64,000 nucleotides of DNA from Elusimicrobiota bacterium (GTDB taxonomy: Bacteria; Elusimicrobiota; Elusimicrobia; UBA1565). Within the stretch, counting starts at the first letter, position 1; the number at the start of each line of letters is the position of its first letter. The stretch covers positions 1 through 64,000 of the forward strand of contig JBDRPD010000096.1 in the NCBI GenBank assembly GCA_043827405.1, read 5' to 3'. The notes beneath the pieces were generated by a model. That model ran no database searches and was not told the DNA's origin. It saw only the letters and a list, made by a program, of their open reading frames with translations. This document shows, one piece after another, positions 29,707 through 38,787 of the stretch. A program made the translations under genes and the position numbers.

Positions 29707-32492
29707 GCGGAGCCGCGGCGCTCCTGGCGGCGCTGGCGGTCGCGATGCCGGCGCTGGGGGCCGAGCCCGCGGCGCCGCTGCACATCGCGACGTTCGAGGA
29801 TTCGAGCTATCACCTCTCGCTGACCCTTGTCAATCCGTTCGAGCGCATGCTCCGGGAGGATGAAGCCGCGCTGTCGGTGCTCCGAGTGGAGAGCATCGCG
29901 GCCGAGTTCAACGGCGACGAGTATCGCTACCGTCTGCCCCCGCACCTTATGCGCGAAGGCCTGCCGGCGGCGCCGGAGGGCGAGGAGCGCGAAGTGGAGT
30001 ACCTCGAGGTGCCGGGCGGCTTTTTCCTGCTGACGCCTTCGAGCGCGCCGCTGCTCGACCGTTTCCTCGAGCTCATCCGCGATCAGGCCTCCTATCCCAT
30101 GCGCCGGGTCCCCGAGGTCCGCCGCCTCCGCGCGCGGCTCGCCGCCGCGCCGGCCGCCGACGGCGGGGTGACGCACACATTGCGCCTCGTCCCGGCGGAC
30201 CGCGTTCGCCATCCGGGCTGGCTGAATACGGTCGCTCTCGTCTACCGTATCCGCGATGCGGGTCGCGAACGCCACGCCGTATTCATTTTCAAGACGCGCG
30301 GCGGCGAGGGGCGCGTCGCGGCGGCCTTGGACAGTCTGCGCGCCCGATTCGGCGCAGACCTGCTGGTGCTCAACCGCGGCCAGGTTTTTGTGTTGGGGCA
30401 TACCAAAACTACGGGGACCTCGGCCGGACACCGCTTTGCCGGGATGGGCGTGAGGGCGTCGGTCCCGAGCTTCGGAGACTTGTACCGCATCCAGGATGCC
30501 TTCGATTACCGCCGGGAGCGGCCCGACGGCGTCGCCTTCTTGTCCGCCAACCTGGTCTATTCCACCGCCACGGCCACGACGGTTTTCCCCGCCTATCGGG
30601 TGTTTCGTGCCGGCGGCAAACGCGTCGCCGTGCTCGGCCTGACGCGGCCGACGCTGCGCAAGTACTTCCGCAGCGAGGACGTCGAGCGCTATGCGATCGG
30701 TGATCCCGTCGCTGCGGCCCTGCAATACGTGCCGCTGCTGCGCGCGCAGGCGGATATCGTCGTGGCCCTGACCAATCTGGATGTCGCGGAGAATGCCCGC
30801 TTGAAGCAGCTCGGCCAAGGGCTGGATCTGATCGCGGGCGATGGCTGCACCTTCGTCCCGGGCGAACTGCACCGGAGCACGGAAGTGCGTGAAAGCGAGC
30901 GAGGCGAGTTCGGCGAGGCGCTGCTGGTCAGTTGGGACTGCGCCACATTGCTGAGCCATATCGAGGTGCGTCACCGCGCCGAACCCGGCGGCAAATACTC
31001 CCTGTCTTTGCGGGAGGACCATATCCTGCTGGATGAGCAGGTGCCGGACCGCGCCGGCTATCCCAAGTTCAACCCGCTCGGTTTCGGCGTCACGGCGGAC
31101 ACCCGTTCGGTCATCCTGCCGTCGTTGCGGCGCCTCTACGGCGACCGTCCGGACACGGTCGGCGTAGCGCGCTTGTCCGAGCGCGCGTTTTGGAAGCTCG
31201 TCGCCTCCCTTGCCGCCGACCATGCCGGCGCGGAGGCCGGGTGCATGCCGGTAACGGGCATCTCCCAGAACACTACTGGAGACTTCAAGGAAAGCCTGGT
31301 CAGGGAATGGTTCCACTTCAAGGACGACTTGGTGGTTTTTAAGCTGCCGGGCGGCGCCTTGCGCGAGCTGGCCGCCGAAGCCGCGCGCCAGGATGCGCCC
31401 GGCGCCGGAGTGGCCGCCGGGGGGAGCTTCATCACGCTGGGCGGCGTCGGCGAAGGCGGAAAAATCCACGGCGCGGCGATCGACGGCAAGTCCGTCTACC
31501 GGCTCGTCGGCACCCGGCGCCTGCTTGCCATGGCCGATCAGTATCCGGCGCTGGCCAAAGCCGAGGACGTCGAGGCGTTGGGAAATCTTGAAAACATCAT
31601 TCTTGAGCAACTGCGCCGCGGCGCCAGCCGGGGGTGGACGGTCGAGCGCTATCGGGCGCTGCTGGCCGGGCGGTCCAACGAGACCCGCGGCTTGTGGAAA
31701 GTGAACTTCCGCGATATCGGCCTGAACGTCTCGAACACCAAGGTCGTGCGCGACGAGGCCTTCAGCGATGTCCCGAACGCCCGCGTCCAGGGCTTCGACG
31801 AGCTGCTTATCGGCGCCACCTTCAAGACGGACCTCGAGTTCTACCGCGGCCCGCATAAGTGGACCAATGCAGCCGAGCTGGAATACAGCAAGTCCCGGCT
31901 GCGGCCGCCGGCGCAGCCGGCCATCCTCAACACGCCGAAGAACCGGACGATGCTGCGCAGCGTGGAAACGCTGCGGGTGGGGGCGTTCCCCTGGCGCTGG
32001 TTCGCCGCCTCCTTCGGCCCTTCGCTGGGCGCGCAGTACGACGGGCACGTCGAGCGCATTCCGCTCCAGCGCCGCAAGCACATCGTCAGCGTCCTGCCCG
32101 GCGTCGAGCTGTTCGGCGGGACGCTCGTGCGGTCCTGCACGCTGTCGGCGAACCTGCGCCGCGACTTCACCCCGACGCTGCCGGTCAACCAGTACGGCAT
32201 CCAGGCGCGCGCGCTGGTCTCGCAGGAGTTCGGCCGTCTCCGCCTGCAAGGCGAAGTGCTGGGGAATTATTTTTTCCTTACGCCGCAGGATACGAGTCAG
32301 GATTTGCGTCTGGAATTCGGCTCCAACTTCAAGCTGCATATCCCGATATACAAGGACTTTACGCTGGCGCCCTATATCGACTTCTACTACTTCACGCTCA
32401 AGACCCGGCCGCTCGCCGGCTACAGCACGATCACCGGCATCGCACTGAGCTTTTCGCGGCTGTGGAAGCCGCAGTATGAGCCGTTCTTTTAA
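29703..32492 (+). CDS. exported 5'-nucleotidase-fold (degenerate) protein fused to a C-terminal outer-membrane beta-barrel
   Basis: Signal peptide; FLSANLV, GKRVAVLGLT, DPVAAA..ADIVVALT; C-terminal ~270 aa of amphipathic strands ending YEPFF. Confidence 0.65.
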   Translation: MSGAAALLAALAVAMPALGAEPAAPLHIATFEDSSYHLSLTLVNPFERMLREDEAALSVLRVESIAAEFNGDEYRYRLPPHLMREGLPAAPEGEEREVEYLEVPGGFFLLTPSSAPLLDRFLELIRDQASYPMRRVPEVRRLRARLAAAPAADGGVTHTLRLVPADRVRHPGWLNTVALVYRIRDAGRERHAVFIFKTRGGEGRVAAALDSLRARFGADLLVLNRGQVFVLGHTKTTGTSAGHRFAGMGVRASVPSFGDLYRIQDAFDYRRERPDGVAFLSANLVYSTATATTVFPAYRVFRAGGKRVAVLGLTRPTLRKYFRSEDVERYAIGDPVAAALQYVPLLRAQADIVVALTNLDVAENARLKQLGQGLDLIAGDGCTFVPGELHRSTEVRESERGEFGEALLVSWDCATLLSHIEVRHRAEPGGKYSLSLREDHILLDEQVPDRAGYPKFNPLGFGVTADTRSVILPSLRRLYGDRPDTVGVARLSERAFWKLVASLAADHAGAEAGCMPVTGISQNTTGDFKESLVREWFHFKDDLVVFKLPGGALRELAAEAARQDAPGAGVAAGGSFITLGGVGEGGKIHGAAIDGKSVYRLVGTRRLLAMADQYPALAKAEDVEALGNLENIILEQLRRGASRGWTVERYRALLAGRSNETRGLWKVNFRDIGLNVSNTKVVRDEAFSDVPNARVQGFDELLIGATFKTDLEFYRGPHKWTNAAELEYSKSRLRPPAQPAILNTPKNRTMLRSVETLRVGAFPWRWFAASFGPSLGAQYDGHVERIPLQRRKHIVSVLPGVELFGGTLVRSCTLSANLRRDFTPTLPVNQYGIQARALVSQEFGRLRLQGEVLGNYFFLTPQDTSQDLRLEFGSNFKLHIPIYKDFTLAPYIDFYYFTLKTRPLAGYSTITGIALSFSRLWKPQYEPFF

Positions 32493-32543
32493 CGCGTCGG
32501 CTCGGCCGGTCGGCGACGCTCTGCTGCTGTTTCCCCGGCCGCT

Positions 32544-33053
32544 TTAGTATACGGAGTGCCACCAACGGGTGGTGATGTGAAATTCCACCCGCCGGTTTTT
32601 CTCGCGTCCTTCCTCGGTCTCATTATCGGCGACGGGCTTGGCTTCGCCGTAGCCCTTGGCCTTGATGAACTCGCCCATAACGCCCAGGTAAACGAGGTAG
32701 TCCTTGACCGCCTCGGCGCGCTTTTGCGAGAGCCATAGGTTGTACTCCTCGCTGCCGATATCGCAGGTATGGCCCGATATGAAGAGCTTGAAAGAGGGGT
32801 AGCGAAACATCAGGTCGGCCAGCAGTTCAAGGGTTTGTTTTGAGTGAGCGCGCAGGACCGCTTTGTCGAGCTCAAACTCAATGGGGGGGATATCCTTCTT
32901 CTGAATGCGGCGCTCAAGGTCCTTGAGCTCCTGCTGCGCGTCGCGCAGGCGTCTGTTCTCCGCCTTTCCGTCGAAGACGTCGAGTCCCATCCCTAGCGCC
33001 GGGATGGCGAGTGCGGTCGTGAGCAGTACCGATAACCAGCCTCGCATACGCAT
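32544..33053 (-). CDS. OmpA-like peptidoglycan-binding domain protein
   Basis: GHTCDIGSEEYNLWLSQKRAEAV, GYGEAKPVADN, GREKNRRVEF. Confidence 0.92.
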   Translation of the reverse strand: MRMRGWLSVLLTTALAIPALGMGLDVFDGKAENRRLRDAQQELKDLERRIQKKDIPPIEFELDKAVLRAHSKQTLELLADLMFRYPSFKLFISGHTCDIGSEEYNLWLSQKRAEAVKDYLVYLGVMGEFIKAKGYGEAKPVADNETEEGREKNRRVEFHITTRWWHSVY

Positions 33054-33123
33054 AACTTAGCAGGATAACGGGCGGCCTTCAAGAGGCGGCGGCCGCAGCG
33101 GCGGAAAAGTACCCATAAAAGTT

Positions 33124-33150
33124 GCCGCCCGGGCGGGGAGCCCGGGCGGC
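33124..33150 (-). terminator. intrinsic terminator of the second subtilisin gene
   Basis: GCCGCCCGGGC-GGGGA-GCCCGGGCGGC followed on the minus strand by AACTTTT. Confidence 0.7.
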
Positions 33151-33193
33151 GTTCAGGGGTAACACACAGGGTTTTATGTTACCGGGATCGATG

Positions 33194-34438
33194 CTAGTCT
33201 ACGAGCTTGGAGGCGTCGATGACGCCATAGCCTTGCTCCTCCGCGCTCATGCCTTGGATGCGATATGCCGAGCGGGTCAGCGCCCGGCGCACGGCCTTGG
33301 CGCCGCGGGCGCCGTTGGCTACGGCGAGGGCCGCGAGTCCGGCCACATGCGGCGAGGCCATGGATGTTCCGGAGTAGGCCTTGATCCCGTTGTTGAGGAC
33401 GGTGGAGGGGATCAGGACGCCGGGCGCGATAAACTCGATTTCAGGACCGCGGCTCGAAAAGGTCGCGATCGGCTTGCCGCCGGAGCAGAGCCGCGCGTCA
33501 TCCGCGCCGCCGGGCGGGCAGAGCGCCGATACGGCGATGGCGCCGGAGTAGGCCGCCGGGTAGCCCACCGGGCCGCCGTCATTGCCGGCGGCGGCGATCA
33601 GCGGGATGTCGGCCATCTCCATGCGCTTGACCGCGAATTGGAACATGAAATTGCCCTGGGAAGACCCCAGGCTCATATTGACCACGTCCATCTTGTTCTC
33701 GATGCACCACATAATGCCGCCGATGATGCCGAACAGGGAGCCGGAGCCGTCCTTGGACAGGACCTTGACCGCGTAGAGCTCCGCCTCCGGAGCCACGCCG
33801 ACGACGCCTTTTCCGTCCAGGGCCGCGGCGATGATGCCGGCAACGTGCGTGCCGTGGGAGTGGTCGTCGTCCCAGGGCTGCTCTTTATCGATCGCGTTGT
33901 AGCCGCCCTTGATGCGGCCGGCAAACTCGGTGTGCTTGGGGTCGATGCCCGTATCCACGACCGCGACCTTGACGCCGGCGCCGCGGGTTTTCTTCCAGGC
34001 CTCGGGCGCATGCACGCGGTCGACGCCCCACTGGATCTCCTTGGGCGCCTTGCCGATCTCCTTATTAAGGGGCTTGAGCCGCTGCATGACTTCCCCGAGC
34101 GCGGGGAGCCGCGGCATGGCGGGAGCGCCGTAGAGCCAGTTGGTGTAGAAATCCTGGGCGACGTGGCCGATCCTGGGATTTGCCATGAGCTGGAAGGCGG
34201 ACGGGCGGATGGTGCCCGGTTTGGAGCGGACGACCAAGGCGTTGATCGGGGCGAATACCCGGAGCACTTCCAGGCCGCGGCTTTCCGCGATTTGCTTCTG
34301 CTCCCGCAGCGGCACGTCCTGCTGGAACATCAGCATCATGCGGTCCTGGACGCCCTCGGCTCCCAGCGGCGCGGCGGCGTTCGTCGGCGGGACAAGGAAC
34401 AGCGACGTCAGGCAGATCGCGGCAAAGCAGCGCATCAT
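33194..34438 (-). CDS. S8 subtilisin-like serine protease (paralog of 27567..28760)
   Basis: VVDTGID / HGTHVAG / GTSMASPH; shares PSAFxxMxNP and DFYTNWL with the paralog. Confidence 0.95.
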   Translation of the reverse strand: MMRCFAAICLTSLFLVPPTNAAAPLGAEGVQDRMMLMFQQDVPLREQKQIAESRGLEVLRVFAPINALVVRSKPGTIRPSAFQLMANPRIGHVAQDFYTNWLYGAPAMPRLPALGEVMQRLKPLNKEIGKAPKEIQWGVDRVHAPEAWKKTRGAGVKVAVVDTGIDPKHTEFAGRIKGGYNAIDKEQPWDDDHSHGTHVAGIIAAALDGKGVVGVAPEAELYAVKVLSKDGSGSLFGIIGGIMWCIENKMDVVNMSLGSSQGNFMFQFAVKRMEMADIPLIAAAGNDGGPVGYPAAYSGAIAVSALCPPGGADDARLCSGGKPIATFSSRGPEIEFIAPGVLIPSTVLNNGIKAYSGTSMASPHVAGLAALAVANGARGAKAVRRALTRSAYRIQGMSAEEQGYGVIDASKLVD

Positions 34439-34533
34439 TGGAATCCTCTCAACCACCTTGAGGAGTACATTCTAGCATAAAAATATGCCCGATAGTCCTA
34501 GAATGTTTCCCAGGCCTTTAGGCCTACGTCGCC

Positions 34534-35694
34534 TTATGGGTTGGCGGCGGCGGGCAGCTGCCCGGTTTTGCGCAGAAACGCCGTGATAATGTCGGCGACC
34601 AGAGCGTTGCCTTTGGGCGTATAGTGGCAGTTGTCGTAGAAGATCTGCGTATGCTTGACCGCGCGCAGCGTCGGCAGCAGATCAAGGCAGGGGATGCCGG
34701 CGCTCCGGCAGAATTCGGCGAGCTCTTTTTGCGGCTCATCGATGACCGGGGAGGGGATGGTCGCGTAGACTTGAGCGTGCAGCGGCAGCATGACCAGCGA
34801 GAATTTCGCGCCGCGGCCGCGCGCGAAATCCCGCATGGCGCGGATGCGCTTGAACATGGCGCGGCGGCTGTCCGCATTCCAGGCATCGCCCCAATCGAAG
34901 CGGGCTTGATGCACCAATTTATTGAACGCCGAGGTATCCTTGACCCAGGCCCCTTCCATGTAGGTCCGCGTCCAGGCGAAACGCTTCGACTGCGTCGCGG
35001 AGAGCTTGATCTGCTGCGTGACCAGGGACTTGCGGAGCGTGCCGTACAGGAGTCCCATAAGATAGCTTCGCCGCAGCAGGCCGCTGCGATGGAACCAGCG
35101 GATCAGCGGGTTGCCGTAGACGACTTCTTCAGGAAAGCCGACGGGCGGGCGTCCGTCGTTGAGGTACCAGCAGAGCACAACGAGATCGGGTTCGAGGCCG
35201 ATGCCCGTCGTTCTAAGGACTTCGTCCTCTTCCGCCAGGCCGATATCGCCGAAGCCGGCGTTGATTACCTGGTATTCGCCGTCGCCGAGCGTGCGGCCGA
35301 CCCGTTCCACGAAGATTTCTTCTTCCGGCAGCCGCCCGCCCAGCGTTATGGAGTCCCCGAGGAAGAGTATGCGGAAGACCCCCGGCGGTTTTTTCCTGGG
35401 GATTTCCCGGCCGCGGAAGCCGTACGGGTTGATGCGGAACTCCGCTTTGCCCTGGTTGTTCCACATCCGCTCGTAACCTTTTTTATTCGGGATGTGGCGG
35501 CGGACGCCGGCGGGGTCGTAGTAGTAATAGAGGTCGGCCTCGGTCATGGCCAGTTCGGCGACGTTCTTCTTGAACAGGATGCGGCTGGCACCTTCCGCCG
35601 CCAACAGCCCGGCGGCGACACCGCAGGCCAACAGCAGGACCGTTCGCCGGCGGTTCTGCGCGGGTGCCGCCGGCGACTTTTTCTTCTTTCCCAT
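34534..35694 (-). CDS. membrane-anchored SGNH/GDSL hydrolase
   Basis: N-terminal TM; FLGDSITLG, VINAG, YLND, DNCH blocks. Confidence 0.85.
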   Translation of the reverse strand: MGKKKKSPAAPAQNRRRTVLLLACGVAAGLLAAEGASRILFKKNVAELAMTEADLYYYYDPAGVRRHIPNKKGYERMWNNQGKAEFRINPYGFRGREIPRKKPPGVFRILFLGDSITLGGRLPEEEIFVERVGRTLGDGEYQVINAGFGDIGLAEEDEVLRTTGIGLEPDLVVLCWYLNDGRPPVGFPEEVVYGNPLIRWFHRSGLLRRSYLMGLLYGTLRKSLVTQQIKLSATQSKRFAWTRTYMEGAWVKDTSAFNKLVHQARFDWGDAWNADSRRAMFKRIRAMRDFARGRGAKFSLVMLPLHAQVYATIPSPVIDEPQKELAEFCRSAGIPCLDLLPTLRAVKHTQIFYDNCHYTPKGNALVADIITAFLRKTGQLPAAANP

Positions 35695-35713
35695 GATATA
35701 TGGGTACAAAAAA

Positions 35714-35788
35714 TGGTGCCGCGGGGTAGGATCGAACTACCGACACCTGGTTTTTCAGACCAGTGCTCTACCACTGAGCTACCGCGGC
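35714..35788 (-). tRNA. tRNA-Phe (GAA)
   Basis: GCCGCGGTAGCTCAGTGGTAGAGCA-CTGGT-CTGAAAA-ACCAG-GTGTCGGTAGTTCGATCCTACC-CCGCGGC-ACCA; full cloverleaf with encoded CCA. Confidence 0.97.
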
Positions 35789-35957
35789 GTAAAAAGTCGA
35801 AGACCCTCCCGGCGGAGCCGGGCGCAGTATTCGGCGTTTTACGCCGCCCCCGAGCGCAGCGATCGGGGCACTACATGATGGGATTAAACCAATTTACAGG
35901 GGCGCCCGCAAGAATAGGGTGTCCAGCGCGAACATTATCCGTTAGAATATCCAACCC

Positions 35958-36260
35958 ATGGATAAAGAGTACCGCATCGAAGCTGATCCGGAGATCGCGG
36001 ATTTAATCCCCGGCTACCTGGCGCGCCGGCGCAAGGAGCTGCCGCGGCTGGCGGCGGCATGCGTCAAGGGAGACTTTAAGGCCATCCGCACCGTGAGCCA
36101 CAAGATCCGCGGCTCCGCCGGCGGCTACGGCTGCACCGACCTCGTCGGCATCGCCGGCGGGCTCGAGGACGCCGCGCGGGCGGGAGACGGGGATGCCGTC
36201 CGCGGCGGGCTGCGCGCCTTGACCGACTACCTGGACCGCGTGCGGGTGGGCTATGACTGA
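35958..36260 (+). CDS. stand-alone Hpt histidine phosphotransfer protein
   Basis: SHKIRGSAGGYG motif, 100 aa helical. Confidence 0.9.
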   Translation: MDKEYRIEADPEIADLIPGYLARRRKELPRLAAACVKGDFKAIRTVSHKIRGSAGGYGCTDLVGIAGGLEDAARAGDGDAVRGGLRALTDYLDRVRVGYD

Positions 36261-38787
36261 CGACGCCGCGCGGCCGCTGGTCTGCGTCATCGACGACGAT
36301 GAGGATATGCATCTGCTGCTGGACCGCATGCTCAAGCATGGCGGGTTCCGGATGGCGGGCGCCCGGGACGGGATCGAGGGCGAAGATCTGCTGCGGCGCG
36401 AGAAGCCGGACCTGATTATTCTCGATGTGATGATGCCGAAGATCAACGGCTACGATTTCTGCGCCAAGCTGCAGCAGGGCGATGAGTTCGCGCATATCCC
36501 CGTCGTGTTCATGACGGCTCTCGAAGGCGAACAGGACAAAGCCAAGGCCTTTGCCTCCGGGGCCGCGGAGTACCTGATCAAGCCGATCGACCCCAAGCAC
36601 CTGATCGAGGTGGTCGGGCGCCATCTCCGCGGCAAGGACCGCTGGGCGGGCCTGGCGCAAAAATCCGCCGGCTCCGCCGGGCACGAAGATGCGACCGAGT
36701 TCGGCCGCTTTAAGGAGTTTCTGCTGGTGCGCAGCAGCTTGGGGCGGGAGAACCGGACGCTCGACGGCGTGCGGCTCGACGGCGTCTATTCCGCCGCGGC
36801 GAAGCTCGGCCTGACGCGGGAGCGGATCGCGCGGCTGATCGCGCAGTTCGCCCGGCTGGAATACCTGCCGCGGATTCATCCGGAATCCCTGCAGCTTGGC
36901 GTGCTGCCGGCGAAGTTCTGCGTGTCGCACCAGGTGATCGCCATCAAGGATGAGACGCGGCGCACCGCTTTCGTGGTGAGCAATCCGTTTCAGTTCGAGA
37001 CCCAGGAGCTGATCCGGCGGAATTTCGGCGCCGGCGACGACGTCATATTTTACGTCACCGAGCCGGAAAAGATCGCGCGGCTGCTCAAACGCCGCAGCCG
37101 CGAGGAGATCTCCAAAGTCATCGAACACAACGACGCGGATATCCCGGTTTCGGATATCACCACCCATCTCCTCGAAACGGCGGTGCATGAGCGGGCCAGC
37201 GATATCCACATTGAGCCCAAAGAGCGGGAGACGATCATCCGCTTTCGCGTCGACGGCGACCTGCGCGAGATATTCCGGCTCAGGAATGCGACGAGCCTGC
37301 AGGTCGTCTCGCGCTTTAAGGCTTTAGCCGATCTGGATGTGGCCGAGAGGCGGCGGCCGCAGGACGGCGTGCTCGACGCCGTCGTCGACGGCCGCTCCTT
37401 TATCGTCCGCCTCGCCACGACCTCTACGCCCAACGGCGAAAGTCTGGTCCTGCGGCTGCTCGAGCCTTGGGCCAAGGCCCAGAGCCTCAGCGAGCTGGGG
37501 ATGAGCGACAAGCAGATCGAGCACATGATGGGCTTCGCCCAGCGCAACCAGGGCCTGCTGCTGATCGCGGGACCGACCGGTTCGGGCAAAACGACGACCG
37601 TCTACAGCCTGCTGCAGCATATCGACTGCGCCAAGCGGAGCCTGATCTCCATCGAGGATCCCGTCGAGTACCGGATTATGGCCGCCAACCAGCAGCAGGT
37701 CGATGAGAAGGCGGGGATGACGTTTGAGTCGCTGCTCAAGTCCGCGGTCCGGCAGGATCCGGACATCCTGTATATGGGTGAGATCCGCGACCACTTTTCG
37801 TCGAAGATGGCGGTGGATTTCGCGAGCACGGGGCACCTGACGGTAAGCACCGTGCATACGGCCAACGCCACGACGGCGATATTCCGCCTCGAGCGCGTCG
37901 GGGTCAGCCGGGGGGCGATGGCCGACAGCGTCCTGGGCGTCATCGCGCAGAAGCTTGTCAAGCGCTTGTGCCCGCACTGCAAGGAGACGGGGCCCATCAC
38001 CGCGCAGGAGCGGGAGATGCTGTCCGCCTTTACCGCCGACGTCCCGGCGCAGGTGGCGCGCCCGGTCGGCTGCGAGAAGTGCCGCGACACCGGATTTTTC
38101 GGCCGCGAGGGGATTTACGAGATCGTGAAGTTCTATCCGGAGATTTCCGAAATGATCCGCCGCGACGCCCCGATCTCGGAGATCCGGGACTTCGCGCAGA
38201 AGCGGGGCGATTTCCTTATCGGCGAACATGCCATCGAGAAGGTGCGCGCCTTGATCTTCTCGCCCAAAGACGTCTACGAGCAGGTGCTCCTCGAGGAATC
38301 CGAGTATCGGCGCCGGGGGGACGCTCCGGCGGCGGCGCCCGCAGCGGCAGCGGCGGAGGGCATGATCGGCAAGCCCAAGCCGACGGCGGCGGCGGGGGGC
38401 GAGCTTATCGGCGGCGGGACCGGCGCTGCGGTGCTGGTGGTCGAGGATGACGAGGAGACGCGCGTTCTATTGGAGCGGGTTCTCGGCAATCGCGGCTATG
38501 CCGTCACCGTCGCGTGCGACGGCGTCGAAGCCTTGATGAAGCTGGGCCAGCGGCGCTTCGACCTGATCCTGTCGGACATCGAAATGCCGAACCTCGACGG
38601 CTTGAAGCTGTTGGAGCTTATGGCCGTTAAGGGGATTTTGACGCCCGTGGTATTTCTGACCGCGCTGACCGGCGCGGTGGATGAGCTGAAAGGTTTCGAG
38701 CTGGGCGCCGAGGACTATATCAAGAAGCCGGTTGCCAAGGACATCCTGCTGCTGCGCGTGCAGCGTGCGCTCGCCAAGCGCCGATGA
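36253..38787 (+). CDS. PilB/GspE-family assembly ATPase with N- and C-terminal receiver domains
   Basis: REC (DDDED, LDVMMP, KP); ASDIHIEP, RRPQDG, GPTGSGKT, IEDPVEY, RQDPDILYMGEIRD, CPHC..CEKC; REC (EDDEE, SDIEMP, KKP). Confidence 0.9.
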   Translation: MTDDAARPLVCVIDDDEDMHLLLDRMLKHGGFRMAGARDGIEGEDLLRREKPDLIILDVMMPKINGYDFCAKLQQGDEFAHIPVVFMTALEGEQDKAKAFASGAAEYLIKPIDPKHLIEVVGRHLRGKDRWAGLAQKSAGSAGHEDATEFGRFKEFLLVRSSLGRENRTLDGVRLDGVYSAAAKLGLTRERIARLIAQFARLEYLPRIHPESLQLGVLPAKFCVSHQVIAIKDETRRTAFVVSNPFQFETQELIRRNFGAGDDVIFYVTEPEKIARLLKRRSREEISKVIEHNDADIPVSDITTHLLETAVHERASDIHIEPKERETIIRFRVDGDLREIFRLRNATSLQVVSRFKALADLDVAERRRPQDGVLDAVVDGRSFIVRLATTSTPNGESLVLRLLEPWAKAQSLSELGMSDKQIEHMMGFAQRNQGLLLIAGPTGSGKTTTVYSLLQHIDCAKRSLISIEDPVEYRIMAANQQQVDEKAGMTFESLLKSAVRQDPDILYMGEIRDHFSSKMAVDFASTGHLTVSTVHTANATTAIFRLERVGVSRGAMADSVLGVIAQKLVKRLCPHCKETGPITAQEREMLSAFTADVPAQVARPVGCEKCRDTGFFGREGIYEIVKFYPEISEMIRRDAPISEIRDFAQKRGDFLIGEHAIEKVRALIFSPKDVYEQVLLEESEYRRRGDAPAAAPAAAAAEGMIGKPKPTAAAGGELIGGGTGAAVLVVEDDEETRVLLERVLGNRGYAVTVACDGVEALMKLGQRRFDLILSDIEMPNLDGLKLLELMAVKGILTPVVFLTALTGAVDELKGFELGAEDYIKKPVAKDILLLRVQRALAKRR

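Noticed and set aside
29688..32339. 883-aa antisense ORF (likewise 54134-55726, 62419-63840, 34624-36006, 33122-34480 and 1679-2926)
   Set aside because: These are shadows of well-supported genes on the other strand; long stop-free antisense frames are expected with high-GC codon bias, and they show no recognisable motifs.
35544..35774. 76-aa ORF starting MVEHWSEKPGVGSSILPRGT
   Set aside because: It is a translation of the tRNA-Phe sequence.
35714..35788. tRNA-Phe as the attachment site of an island covering the accessory block
   Set aside because: No integrase, no duplicated tRNA 3' end found by eye, and no obvious compositional break.
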